From Eutreptiella sp. 'Long Island Sound 2002' (taxonomy: Eukaryota; Protista; Euglenida): DNA of 64,000 bases. The position numbers were made by a program, and so were the translations under genes. Positions within the stretch are counted from its first letter, which is position 1, and the number at the start of each line of letters is the position of its first letter. The stretch lies in NCBI GenBank assembly GCA_964036045.1, contig OZ038378.1:118048001-118112000 (forward strand), read 5' to 3'. Positions 10,860 through 23,526 of this stretch are shown piece after piece. Under the pieces are notes generated by a model. The model was not told where the DNA came from. It ran no database searches and saw only the letters and a list, made by a program, of their open reading frames with translations.

Positions 10860-12065
10860 CACACAATGGGGCACGGTGACGGGGCACGGCCCAAGGTGGC
10901 GTTCCATTTGGTAGCTGATCGCACGTGACTGAGGCGCCTATAAGACCTCCACCAAGTTGTAAGCAAAGAGCTCACAGCACCCTACACCGTGAAGTACTTG
11001 CCTGATACCGGGCAAATAGTCCTTACCCCGGAGACAAGAGTTACACGGACCGTGCAGCCGGAGCTCAGCATGGAGGAGACGTAGCCTATGGCCGTTTGGC
11101 ACATCCGGTCATTGCACTTCTCTAGGACAATGGCACGGTACCTGTTGTGGAGCATGGCGTACGGTGTGGTATGGGAACATGTGTACGGCATGCTTCGGAA
11201 GCTAGCTTCACCGGAGTCCCGGGCGTTCACTACCTATACGGGAGGCGACAGGCCATCCATGGTGCGGCCTGGCACCTCCTTGACCACATCGGGCACTGGT
11301 ACAAGTGTCGACCACCCCCACCTTCGGACATCATGCAGCCTGGCGACCGACTGCTGCATTGATTGCCTTGTGCAGTGGATGGTAAATCCTTGCACGAGGC
11401 CTGATATGTCCCTCGCATGTTGGGTCGGACCGCCAGCCTATCTAGTTGGTGGCTACTAGGGGGCAGTGAAAAGTGCGCGGCCCTCTACGCGGCCTCCCAA
11501 GAAATAGATTTTGATGATCGGTTGCGCAAGGCCGCAACCGTAAGTTTTAAGGATATGGGAGGGAATGAAAAGCAGTCGTTTTTTTTGTGTGGGGAAATGG
11601 GAAAGCGCACATGCTCATGGCAGGCTGTCAAAATTGGAGGGCAGAATCCTCCGGAGCCACGGGTTGCTGTGTCTTCATGCGGAACCTACTCTTTGCCTTG
11701 CTGCCTTTGGCACAACAAGTGCAATAGACGCGCACTCGGCAGGGGCTGTTGCGATAAGTTCTATCTATAGGACCATTACGGGGGATAGACGAGTGCCTGA
11801 TTATGGCCTCCATGGCGTCCTCCGTGTCTCGTTGTGCGGCATCAACGGGACACGGGACCTAGTTGTGCAATTGACAGGTAACGCACCAACTATTGTAGCA
11901 TGCACCATGTTGCAGCCAATTTTAGATCAGGCACGGGTTGTTGCAAAAACTTGCATGCGTGCCTCATTAAGTAATGAGAAGGCAAAGAGCAAGCGGAAGG
12001 TAAGGATGGAGTTTGTCGCTGCCATCCATTTCATGCGGAACAGGGGATGGGAAAAGGTGATTGAT
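10860..12065 (+). pseudogene. Transib/RAG1-like transposase family A copy 2, 3'-truncated
   Basis: Motifs: LPCAVDG (first Asp), LSSWWLLGGSEK, C-G-D-G-K-A-H (second Asp, one extra base), DYGLHGVLRV, KVRMEFVAAIHFMRNRGWEKV. The DNA aligns by eye with 3870-4495. Confidence 0.65.
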
Positions 12066-12074
12066 CCTTGACAA

Positions 12075-14620
12075 CAACTTGCCCCCCCCCCCTTTCTCCA
12101 AAATCATTTAATAGGGGACGAGGTAGTAGAAGATTGGCGGAATAGTCCCGTATATTCAAACTCCGAAACCCGCGGTGTGAGCCCATTCCTGCATGCCATT
12201 TTAGACATACAACGACGCAGTGAAGACACCCCAGAAAAATCATCGGCAAGCATCACAAAGACACCCTAGTGGGCCACTTTGTCGAAGTATTGAACGGGAA
12301 GCGTAGTGGGCCAGCGCAAATATGCGTTCAAAAAGCAAAAGTATACCTTGTCCATGCCTTGCAAAGGCCACTCAATCCGCGCATCACTCATCCCTACTGA
12401 GATCTGAAGTGTTAGTCGCACTAGCAGGACTCCACGAATTCAATTTGCAGAGCAGGTGAGGTTGGGTTGGCGGCCTACCAAAACAAAGAAAAAAAAGGGC
12501 CTACTTAATGCGTAGTCAACTTTGGGGGCTGGTGGTCCGGGGGTTAGGGAAAGGGGTTTTTCGGCATTTGTATTTCCATTAACCATTTCAAGCAGCGACC
12601 AGAGAGAAAAACGCTCATGTGTGAGAAGTGGTGGCACCATCGGTTTTGTAGCACAAGGCATGCGAATCGGCATTTGAGCAGTGAACATGATTGGTAGATG
12701 CTTTGGGACGACAGTTTTTTGGATAAAAACCAGTGGAATCTATAGAATTTGCGGTAAAATTACATTCACTTGTAATGGGTGGTCGTGAAAGCATCACCCA
12801 CATGAATTCCTGGAAATTGGACGTGTCGTCCTAAAGGCATCACCTACACGAACTACTCGTAAAATTAGGCGCACATATGATGGGTCATCATGAAGCTACA
12901 CAAACTACAGTAAGATTACGGGTACTTATGAAGTGTGGTGTTGAGGGTAGTGGCTAGACGAACTGCCGGTAAAATTATGGGCCTTTTCGCAGGGGGGGTC
13001 CCCAAGACTACAGGTGCAGGTCCGTTTGTGGCCGTGTATGTTACCGTGGGTCTGACGCGTTTAAGTGCAAGTGGGATTTGCAAGTCTTTTCGAATCGTGC
13101 CAAAGCAAGAGAACACGCCACAAAAGTTACGTTGGACGAGCACTACGGTGACATTTGTGGGGGGTAGCCTATTTTTTCACACACAAGTTGGCCCACTGCA
13201 TTACACGGCCTTCAGACCCACGAATGCTTTCCATAGGGGCCAACCCCTTTTGTCAAACAAGTTACAAAGGGTTAGCTTGCCATCACCAGCCACTCTGCCA
13301 ATGCCTCGCGGCCGGGTGTTCCATCCGGATTCTTGGGCAGGGGGATGACTCGTAGTTCCTCCAGCTTAAGGACATGCATGGTGGTTGTGCGCGCCATGTG
13401 GCAACCACCTTGAGCCAGGGGGAGGGCGGGAAAAAATTCACCCCGGCAGGCGAAATTTCAACCCAGTAGGGGGGGGATAAGTGTCGCGGTTGAAACAAAA
13501 AACACCCAAAGTTGAAAAAGTTCCCGGTTGGGTGGGGTGGGGTTGGTGCAGTCTGCGGTGCTTGCCCTTGAGGCTCGATGGGTACGGCTTGTTCGGACCC
13601 CCTTTGGGTAAGGGTACTGGTTGCAGGGTGCTGTCTCGATGACGTCGACAACTGATCAACTCCGTCAAGTTTGGGGCATATCGGTGCTCCTTACCAAAGT
13701 TGACTCAAAGGGGGCGGTCCGTGTTTGTTTCGGGAACATCATCGGGCTCCGCTGACTGATGCGGTAACTCATTGGCAGCGTCGTTGAGGCGTAGTGCGGG
13801 TTTGTCAAGATCTTCAGGCACCTCGTCGGTGGGAAAATGTTCTAGCTCCTCCAGTCTGTCCGCTGGTTCATTATCACACCGAGGGGCCGGGTCACTGTCA
13901 TCGTCGGCATGAGGATCTTCCCCCACAGAGCGTCCACTTCGAAGTGACACATACAGATGGTCGTAACGCTGGGGCCACACCTCATCGTGTGAGAACGTGT
14001 CCTCAAGAACTAGCAAGAACTCAACCTCCCTCTTAGGTGATGCCCAATTCTCGACCGAGGGTACCACAAAAGGTCGTGTACGTGCAGCATTCGCGATGTC
14101 CATCAATTGGCTCGATGTCAGAAGGGAACATGCGTCCACTACTAGGTTTTTGAGAGCAGGCACATACCACAATGTGAGGTTGCATTCCTCGAGGCACAAC
14201 AACCAACGCCCCTGTGGTGGTGTCAATGGTCGAGGGCACGGTTTGACATAATGAAGACTTTCGTGGTTGGTATGCACATGAACTTACTGTGGTCCTCGAA
14301 GAAGATGAAAGCACTGCTTGAGTGCTAGCACAATAGCCAGCAGTTCTTGTTCTCGGATCGGATATTCTGTTTCCGCCGGTTGCATATTGTGTACATAAAT
14401 GCAATAGGTCGAAGAAAACCTGTGTACTTCCTGTGTGCACACTGTTGTTCTAGCGTGGGGTGGGGTGAAAAGCTGTGTGGCGCATAGTTAATCGCCCCCG
14501 AGTCGTTGCGGCATTGGAGGTCTTGGTGGACGATTCATTAAACAGCGTAACTCTCCCTAAGCTTGGAAGCTTACAGCTGCCAATGCAGCTATGCCGCAAT
14601 CCAGGGATCCCCTGCTTGGG
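12075..14620 (-). mobile_element. Decayed Ty3/gypsy LTR-retrotransposon pol fragment (RNase H and integrase)
   Basis: RNase H motifs: LRPIAF, AETEYPIREQELLAIVLALKQCFHLLRG, TNHESLHY...QGRWLLCLEECNLTLWYVP..NLVVDACS. Integrase motifs: GYPPQM, HTRPQTD. The RNase H-then-integrase order is that of gypsy. Confidence 0.85.
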
Positions 14621-16139
14621 CAGTACGCTATTTTTTTTCATGGCGTGCTGCCCAAATGGGGGCCCCCGGGGGCGCCGTCCACACTTGTGCGTCTTGCTCA
14701 TACGTTGTTCGTCCGTTCCGAAGTGGGTCTGGGTGGGTCAGGGACTGATTCTGGTTTCACATGTGCAAAATAGTTGCTTGTGGTGATTCGTGCTTTGTTG
14801 GAGTGTCACCGGGCTATGTGGTTGTACCCATGGCCTGTGGGAGCTCCGGGATAGTGCGACCTCCCCTCCTCCCCATTTTTGTTGCAGATACAATACACTC
14901 TTCCCTTTCCTCACAATGGCTGATATGCGCGCATCTCGCCCCTTGCCTCCCATCACCGTTGCCGCAAGATGGCGCAACCGCGACATCCCGACAAAGAAGT
15001 GGTAGTGCCCTTGTGGCGAGGTCCTGCCCATAGTGCAGAACCCAGAGAGCAGGGCATTTAGCATCCACTACTCGGGTACCCAGTATACCGACTGGGTGCG
15101 GTACGGCAAAGTCCTGCCAGAGTTCTTTCAGGGTAGCAACAGCGCAGACAGTCCTGTACTGAGCATGCTGATCCGCGTAGACAAGCATCCGCAGCTCCTG
15201 GGGGCTGTCCAGCTTGCATCTACCTTGGCCACGGCTTGTGCAGACACTATAGCAGAACTAGGGCCCATTCTGCAGGTCCCAAACGTGGATGTAGACTATG
15301 CAATGGAGGTGGACCCCGACCTTGACGCTGCAATTCCTCTTCGCGAGCGTAAGTGTCCCGGGGTTCTCCCTAGGCAGGCCCCCACCGTGCAGCAGCTGCG
15401 GTGGATGTACCCCGTCATGCGGGGCAACTACCAGAAGCCGCCCTAGGAGTTCTGCTAGTTTGCGACCGCCGAGGGCTATACGCCCTGGATTGCCGCACAG
15501 ATGGTCGTTGGGACGACATAGCGGGCCGCTATGGCCCCTGCCTGCTGTGCCTGGATTTGCTATCCGGGAAGCATGCGGCTAGGCTGAACGGCTGGATGAA
15601 CCCCGCCATCGACCCAAAGGGCATTACCGGCAAGGGTCCCACGTCCTATCCCGCTGCTGCAACGAGGCTAATGACAAGGGGTACGTTGCCCCGGAGACCC
15701 TGGGCCAGTTGTAGGAGGACCTACACAAGTTCCGGCAGCGTTGCGAGATCTACAAGGCGCTCCCTTTAGCCATCGTGGAAGGGCCTCGGACGTGATGACG
15801 AGCGTGGCGGCCGGCCCCGAACCGGTGCTGACGCCTGGCGCCCCGACATGGAGATGAGGTACTGTGGTACCTCGCGCGCGCAGGAGTTGCTGGGCTTGGC
15901 ACACCCAAGTCGGCAGTGGAACAGGAGCAAGACCCGGAAGGAGGAGACGGTGGCGAAGACGCGGTGGCTGGTGCTCATGGTCACGGAGACGGAGAGTGAC
16001 GCGGTCGTCGGCATGCGGGCGCCTGGGCGACCAAGGAGGCAAGAGACGAAGCAGGCAAGCAAGAGAAAGGAGGAAGAAGCGGAGGAAGAAGAAGAGGAGG
16101 AAGAAAAAGAGGAGGAGCCTCCGCAGAAAAGAAGGAAGT

Positions 16140-16450
16140 GCTGAGGGGGACCCAGATGGTGGACAGGGACAGTGGCCAGCGCACCAGGGCACTGGTGACT
16201 GCCCTGTGGCGTGCGGCGTGGATCTGGCGTTGGTTCGTGCAGCCCGCCATTGTCTGGTGCCGGGGGGCCAGACCGCGCACACCCCCACACCGACATCCCC
16301 CTACACTGCTCGCACACTCCGGTGGAGGTGGCAGGCGCGCCGGTGTGTGGTGGTGGGACCATGGCCAATTTTGGGGAAGCGACGTGCGCCATGGGGTGGT
16401 TCCAGTATTGTGGCGGCGGGACCAAGAGGGGGAGGACACGGGTGTAGATG
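16140..16450 (+). pseudogene. Unknown 'ORF-B' family remnant (another copy)
   Basis: IPLHCSHTPVEV resembles PLSFIHVPFEV, VRHGVV resembles HAHGVL, and GGTKRGRTRV resembles GAPKRQRLTI of ORF 52582-53571. Frameshifted. Confidence 0.35.
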
Positions 16451-16787
16451 AGAACCGCGGGGGGCATGGGACCCAGGGAACGAAAAAAAGCGGCGATGCA
16501 AGGGCGATGCAAGCGCGATCCAAGGGCGTCACACCGGCGATGTGCGGAGGACCCCGTGGGCCTTACCCTAGCATCCACACGGAGCAGGAACTGACCTCCG
16601 GTGGAAAGGGAGGAGGGAGGAGGAGAACAATGCGCCTGTGCAGTCTGACCAACTACTGCGCAGGACAGGGCTGGCTCATCAGGACAAGGTACAGACGGGG
16701 AGGCAAACAGGCCAAGTGACCGTGACCGTGACCCACAATAAGGAGGAGAGGAGGCGAGATGGGTGGCAGCGCGGGGGGTTGGGAACA

Positions 16788-16862
16788 CGGCGCTCCGTGA
16801 GTCTGCCCCGCGATCGGGGGCATGTGATTGGCCACGCGTGGCCATGGTAGCCGGGGCAGCCT
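16788..16862 (+). repeat. 75-bp direct repeat, copy 1 (copy 2 at 18200-18274)
   Basis: cggcgctccgtgagtc...gattggccacgc.tggccatggtagccggggcagcct occurs at both sites with few substitutions. Confidence 0.9.
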
Positions 16863-16960
16863 TCACAAGAATTCACTGCAGTTCCTATGGAGGTGGCGGA
16901 GCAGGGGGGAGGGGTGGGGTGCTTGTCGTGCATATCGTCCATCTTTGCTCCGGAAGCTGT

Positions 16961-17790
16961 CTGCAGGTATCAAGATGGCGCCGAAGACGGGCAAAAAATA
17001 GGTGTGTTGTGCACGTGTGTGCGATTTCTCTGCACCATTTGAGGGATTTGCACTAGAGGAAGTGATTTGGACGCAACGGTACTTGCACCGACCTGTGAAT
17101 TGCGCTGAAGACAGGCAAAAAATAGGTTTTTTTGTGCATGTGTGCTCTTTCTTTTAGGCAACATCGCACAATCAGCTGGTGATCCCTGTGGAGGATACAC
17201 ATGCCCGTGCTATCGTGCCGAGAAGACCACCTATGATGTGAATCAAAGCGCATTGGAATGGCGCCGAAGAGGGGCATTCAAAACAGGTATGATGGCGCCC
17301 CGGCCACTTTTTTGCAGGTATCAAGAATTTGTGCAGCAACAAGAAGACCCTGACCCTCAAGTTGAGAATGGCCGCATCATGGGCAGCGCCTTTCTCCATG
17401 GCGCTGAAGACAGGCAAAAAACAAGTGTGTTTTGCTCGCCACTTTTCTGCAGGTCACCAACCGACAACTCATGCACATTTACGGCGTTCAGGCGGTGGGC
17501 TACGGACTGCAGCATGGCCATCGGCTGCTTCACGATGGGCAGCACATTTCTGCATGGCGCTGAAGACCAGGGAAAACCAGGGTTGTTTTCTTTGCCACTT
17601 TTCTGCAGGTATCAAGGTTTTGCAGGCGATCGAATCCGAGCAAGAGATACGGATGTCGCCATTGTAGGAGCAGCTGTTGCAATCGAAGATCGACCAGCAG
17701 ACGGCATCTTCGCATGGCATTGAGGACAGGCATTCCAAAAAACAGGTATGTTGGCGCCCCCGCCACTTTTCTGCAGGTATCAAGAGTTTG
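16961..17790 (+). repeat. Degenerate modular repeat (ATGGCGCTGAAGACAGG and CCACTTTTCTGCAGGT modules)
   Basis: (C/T)TGCAGGT recurs at 16961, 17311, 17447, 17603 and 17771. GCGC(T/C)GAAGA recurs five times. Confidence 0.8.
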
Positions 17791-18199
17791 TGGAGTACGC
17801 GGACTGGGATCCGCGATGGGCCACTGGCGAACAAATCGGCGATCTCAAACGCATGGGTGAGAGCATGACTCCCGACCTCCGGAGCACTCGCTGGTTGCAA
17901 TGGAAGCACGCTGTGGTTGACAACTCCGTTCAGACATTCACCAAGAGCTACAAGAAAAAGAAGGACTTTCGCCAGACTGCATCTCGCATGGTGAGGACGA
18001 CAGTCACAAGCGTTGTGCGTGCAGGTGCCGAGTGCGACGCAGTGCCGAAGGGTGCAATTCCCTTCCACGCTTTTGCACATTGAGCCGGGGCCGTAGTCTC
18101 TTCTCTTTGAGAGAGCGATGGTGTAAAAACATCAATGTGCTCGTGTACATATACATGTGAACAATCCATCTAACAGTTGGTGCTGTTGTGCTTGGAACC

Positions 18200-18274
18200 C
18201 GGCGCTCCGTGAGTCGGCCCCAGGATCGGGGGCATCTGATTGGCCACGCCTGGCCATGGTAGCCGGGGCAGCCT
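18200..18274 (+). repeat. 75-bp direct repeat, copy 2
   Basis: Matches 16788-16862. Confidence 0.9.
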
Positions 18275-21200
18275 CCAAAAAAATTCTGTGGAGGCGGCGG
18301 AGCAAGAGGGTTGGGGTGGGGTTGGGCGGGCCAAGGGGGGGGGGGGCAACCGGGGGGGGGCTCTGGGGGGGGGGTCTGGGGGCCAAGTGGGGACAATGGG
18401 GGGTTATGGTAGAAAAAGTTCCCCACGGGTAGAAATTTTTGTATACGGTGTTGGGGGGGGACAAGTGTCGCGGTTAAAAAAATTTTTTTCGCCTCCTGGG
18501 GGGAATTTTTCCTCCGCCTTCCCCCTCCCTTGAGCTTACACGCACCAGTATGTGCTCGCTCGAGGTGTTTTTTCAGAAACCTTCTATTGTCCATCACGCT
18601 GGCAGCAAAAACGTTTGTAGACTCACTAGTGATGCCTGCACCCACAACTAGACCACCACAATCTCATCAAGCAGCCGCGGAAGGCGAGGAATCACCGGAT
18701 TATGCCTCCGGGCAGCTCCTAATGCTTCCCTTTGCGTTCCAATGGGCCAAATCTCACTCTACCACTTCGATTGTGGCATTGCAATCCGCATGCAGGCAAA
18801 TTGCATTGCAAGTCGTTTTACGGTTTTGCTGCCTCCCGCAGTTGGTGTTCCAAGGCGGGTAGTCGTACAGCCGCATGTGACAACTCACACCGCTTGTGCA
18901 TTACCCTATTGTACCAGGTGAGCGGGATAGTGGCCGGGGAGGTTGGGTTGCTCGGCATTTCTTTTCGCCGTTGTCCCCCCCCGCCCCCCCACACCCGCAA
19001 GGGGTGTCTTTGATGGGGTTCTCTGCTCGTGCAATGTTTTTCGGCTTGATTGGTTGGGGACGGGGTTTGGGGGCACTTTCGGTCCGGCGTGCTTGCCCCT
19101 GGAGGTGTTGGACGCAGGGGAGTTGATGTTGACGCCGGAGCGGGCATCCGCATCCAAAGTCACCGCGTCTGCATTGGCCGCCCCGCCCTGCGCCGTCAAT
19201 TGCGGCGACATGTGCACGCATGGCGTGCCATGCGAAAACACACATTCGAGGACTTCAGCCCCCGCGGCTCTCCACTACATTCAAAGGCGACATCCGCCGC
19301 GCAACAGAGCCCCTGTCCCCGCTACCGACACTTCAATACACCACTGCATGCTTGCCACAGCCTCTTCATGAATCTCGGTCAAGGGGCGCACAATCGTGTG
19401 CCAAGAGAATACGGCACAAAAGGTGCATTTGTGGCCGCACTTTCATCGAAGTGGCTGTCCAACCCTCAACACAGAGAGAGGAGAACTACGTTTTGGGGGA
19501 CTTGCGTTGGTCACCCTTCCAAGTCGTGAAACGGGTCCGCCAAAAATTTGGCGCGACCTAATTTTTCACCGGAACAGTGGCGAGGAAACCCATGAAGTCG
19601 CCTACAATTCACACCGGCCGCGCATCACGCAATTGCCCCCCCATTGCCAAGTTGGCTAATGGTGGCGCCACAGGCACAACCGTCGTGCTTTTTGCGTTGC
19701 CCTAGTTCGACTCGCTGGTAATGCCCAAGCCGGCTCGTGGAGCGTCACGCAGTCACGATGCTGCGGTTGGAATGGCTAGCTATTAATTATCGAGCTGGGT
19801 TTACCCTGTCGAGCTTTTGCACCACATTTTAGGGTCCAAGGATGAGCAACACATTTCGGCCGCATTAGCAGAAGCAAGCAGCAACAGCAACAAGCGGCAA
19901 CAGGCGGTTAAAAAGTCCTAGGAACGACAACGTGGCTCAAAGACGGCATCCAAGTGGCTCAAATGACCGGGGAGCAAACGCGCATAACCACGAACAGGTT
20001 TCGTGCCATTTTGAGCCGTCTATCCCGTTCTATGGACAATTTACTGTCCAAAAATGGCCGTTTTGGGGCTCTTTTCAGGACGATCGTCCTCAAAACTCAG
20101 GACGATTGTTGGTGTGAGGTTGTAGTGGGCTTTCGCCACACGTTCAAGGCCATGTAATCTCTTCCCACAAGCCCTCTTCCCATTGATGACCCTATGCAAA
20201 AAGAACCGGTGAAGCGATTATCACAGGGCACATTACAATATCAAGGCTCACGACTAGGACCAAGCTGGGTCCTAGTCTTGGTTAACGCATTGGAAATCAC
20301 CGTGGAGCAAAGCCCGCTTGCTTTGCAAATGTTCTTGCACGATCAAGACGATCGTCCTGGAATATGTGTCAAAAACGGCTTGTTTTCACCTCAAAATCGC
20401 CGATCCTGTGGCACCATGGCATGGCACACGCCTTATTCCCCACCCATTTGCGTTCCTTTGATGGCCCAATCGCTATGGAAGAACAACGGCCCTCATTGAA
20501 AACACCTACGCGGCTAAATGGTCAAACCCTGGCGCCTTCATTGAGTGTCTCATGGATTTTGAGAAGATGCTCGCTGAGCGCTCTGTGAAGGTGCTTTGTA
20601 TTGAGCTTGTGGTAAGCGTGCGGCACGCTGCAACAAGCGCAGGATGCCATACTCCCGTAAATCTCGGTCAGTGCCAAGCACCATTGGTTGGGGCTAGCGG
20701 CCGTGTCCATGAATGATGGGGGCACAGGGCATCTTGCCCCCCCCCCCCCCCCCACCTCCCACCCACCCAACCACCCACCCAAAAAAACACTCACTGGGTG
20801 GCATGCACCGCTAGTTGCCGGCAGGCAAGCGTGTCTATTGATATCCGGGGCACATGGCGTTCATCTCCAAAGCAAACATTGTCTTCATTGGCACCCGCCG
20901 CCCAAGCAGATAAAACCCGCAACATCCAGCCGGAGAAGCCATGACCCTTCACACTCCTCTACATCCTAAACCAACCCCACAGCTACTCATACCGTGGCGT
21001 CCAAGCGGTGTTTCATGAATAGTGGCTTGCACTTGGCACGTGCATGGGTGCAAAGTTTTCTTTGGCCCGGTGTGCCAAGTGAGGCTGAAGTTGAGTACAT
21101 GTGGAACTCAGCTGTGGCGTTGCGCTGCAACCCAATTCTGCTTGAATACGTGTTCTTGCTTGGCGAAGGGGTTGTCAAGGTGGAGCCAAACAAGGCTAAA

Positions 21201-22335
21201 AAGCCACACAATGTGCCTAGATTCCGCACACGTACTAGCCATGGGATCCTCTGCATCGATGAACGATTGAGTCAACAACACAGCATGGTATAGGCATAAC
21301 GGCCCATCAGCATGAACTGTTGCCAACTAGCTCCAACCTCATCTAACGAGGCATGCCCACAAAACCCTGCCATCCCTCACCAAGAGCCAAAATGTGTCCT
21401 CAGTGGTGGATTCCACACGGCTGTGGCGATTGGTTCATGCCGGCATAGGGATGAAAATAACCCTCAAACTTGGTGCTTGGCAAAGGATCAAGCAATGCTT
21501 GATCGTGGAGGCAAACAAAAGCGTGCCTCCACAACCACACACAATGGTTCGCTGCACCAAGCCATCGTGTTGCCCAAAGTGGCTCCCCACACGTGTGTGC
21601 AGAGGGCACTTTTCGGAGAGGACAATCATCATATTGAGATGCGTGGCACGGGCACCACACAGGGGAGAGTACTTGGCAACTGTTCTACATCACTGTGCCA
21701 AGCTTGCTTCCCCACCTCCTCCGCAGCCCCATCTACCTCCTCCGCGGCCGAAATGGATCACCATGCGCTGGGGTGCAAGTTGCGCATTGTGAGCCAACGA
21801 CACAATGTGCCACCCATCGCTTGCAAAAAGTGCGGCACATAGTGTGAAAGGGACATTGTGGCCTACACTCAACCAGAAACAAGCAAGCATCATGAGGTCA
21901 TGGTGCACATGTGTCACAAGGCCACGATACACGCTTTAGTGGAAACCAAAAAACCAACCGTCTTGGGTAGTTCAAAGGGTCTTTGCTTCAAAGAGGGTGC
22001 ACATTACCATAGCTCGAGAACCGGCGAAGCAAAGAACATGCAAAAGAGCCAAGTGGTCTGGGCGAAAGCATTGTGGTCCGTCTACAACAATTGTTGCAGC
22101 AAACTTAGGGACTGTTAACGGCAGGTTTTATCATCAAATTGTAGGAAGCCTAAAGGCTTGGCGTTTAGTAGATGCCTTTGTTGTGAAGATGTTGAATGAG
22201 AGGCCGCATGTACAACTCACTACCCTTGGCATCTCACAAACACACATGCATGGAGGGCTCAACAGTTACGCAACGTGCCCACCTGGCCACTTTGAGCCAG
22301 TCGGATTCACACCCCAAAGACATGGCACTCAAGGT

Positions 22336-22790
22336 CCCAACCTGCGCGTCCCCCAACCTGCGCATCCCACAGCCTGCGCGTCCCCCAACCTGTACCTCCC
22401 CCAACCTGCGCGTCCCCCAACCTGCGTGTCCCCCAAGGTGCGCGCCCGACCTGCGCGTCCCGAAACGTGCGCGTCCCACAGCGTGCGCGTCCCCCAACCT
22501 GCATGTGCCACAACCTGTGCGTCCCCCAGCCTGCGCGTCCTCCAGCCTGCGCGTCCCCCAGCCTGCGCGTCCCCCAACCTGCGCGTTTCCCAACCTGCGT
22601 GTCTCCCAACCTGCGCGTCCCCCAACCTGCGCGTCTCCTAGCCTGCGCGTCTCCCAGCCCGCGCGTCCCCCAGCCTGCGCGTCCCCCAACTTGCGCGTCC
22701 CCCAACCTGCGCGTCGCCCAACATGCGCGGCCCACAAACTGTGTGTCCCTAACCTGTGCGTCCCCCAAACTGCACGTCTCCAACATGCGG
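22336..22790 (+). repeat. 17-bp minisatellite (CCAACCTGCGCGTCCCC), about 27 imperfect copies
   Basis: The units are directly visible. The long overlapping ORFs here are repeat artefacts. Confidence 0.95.
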
Positions 22791-23451
22791 CCCAAAGCAC
22801 CACAAGATTACTTATGCCTTCGGTAACACACGGTGGAGCGCTTGCTTGAATCACCCACAGGTCAAAGATGGATCCTTAATGCCATGGAGGGGCTAAGTTT
22901 GCTGGAGGCGCCAAGACCTTTACTGAGGGGCTGAATTCGCATGCTTCTAATGAGGGGTGCCCGGGTTATATTTGATTTGAATGTGGACTCCTGTGAAGAT
23001 AGGGTGCTACAAGCATTGGATGACCTCATGCCTGAAGTATGGATCTACATTTTGAAGGACAGCCTCGCCAATTACTGGTTTGATGGTTTGGATAGCGAGG
23101 TCTTAGACAGGGGAATTGGAAATGTGAGTCCCATCTCCATCCACAGGTCTATTTGGGACCTTTTTGTGGTAGTCGACGAGACTTGTGCCCTATGAAAGAT
23201 ATTAGTGACGAGGGGCTCATCATGGTACATGCATAGGTCCGAGATGGGATTTTAAGCCCGGCGAAGGGGGTGTTGTCCGCCCCAAGTAACCCCCCCCCTT
23301 TGCGTGTCCAAGCACAGTACCCCATCTCACCATTGATCTCCTGGTTTCTTTTGACCGCGGTTTTTGTGGCCACAAATGTAACATGACGCGGTTGCGCTCC
23401 AATGGCAGAGGGAAAAGGGAACTTCTGACAATGCTGGTGGCAGTTCCTCCT

Positions 23452-23458
23452 GTTGTGG

Positions 23459-23526
<68 letters not shown>
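23452..23526. repeat. (GTT)n microsatellite
   Basis: About 23 perfect GTT units. Confidence 0.98.

Noticed and set aside
12100-12330. Chromodomain at the end of the gypsy integrase
   Set aside because: Only a VCLKW-like fragment is visible; too decayed to support.
21997-22854. Several 100-217-aa Cys/Pro-rich ORFs
   Set aside because: They are artefacts of the 17-bp minisatellite.
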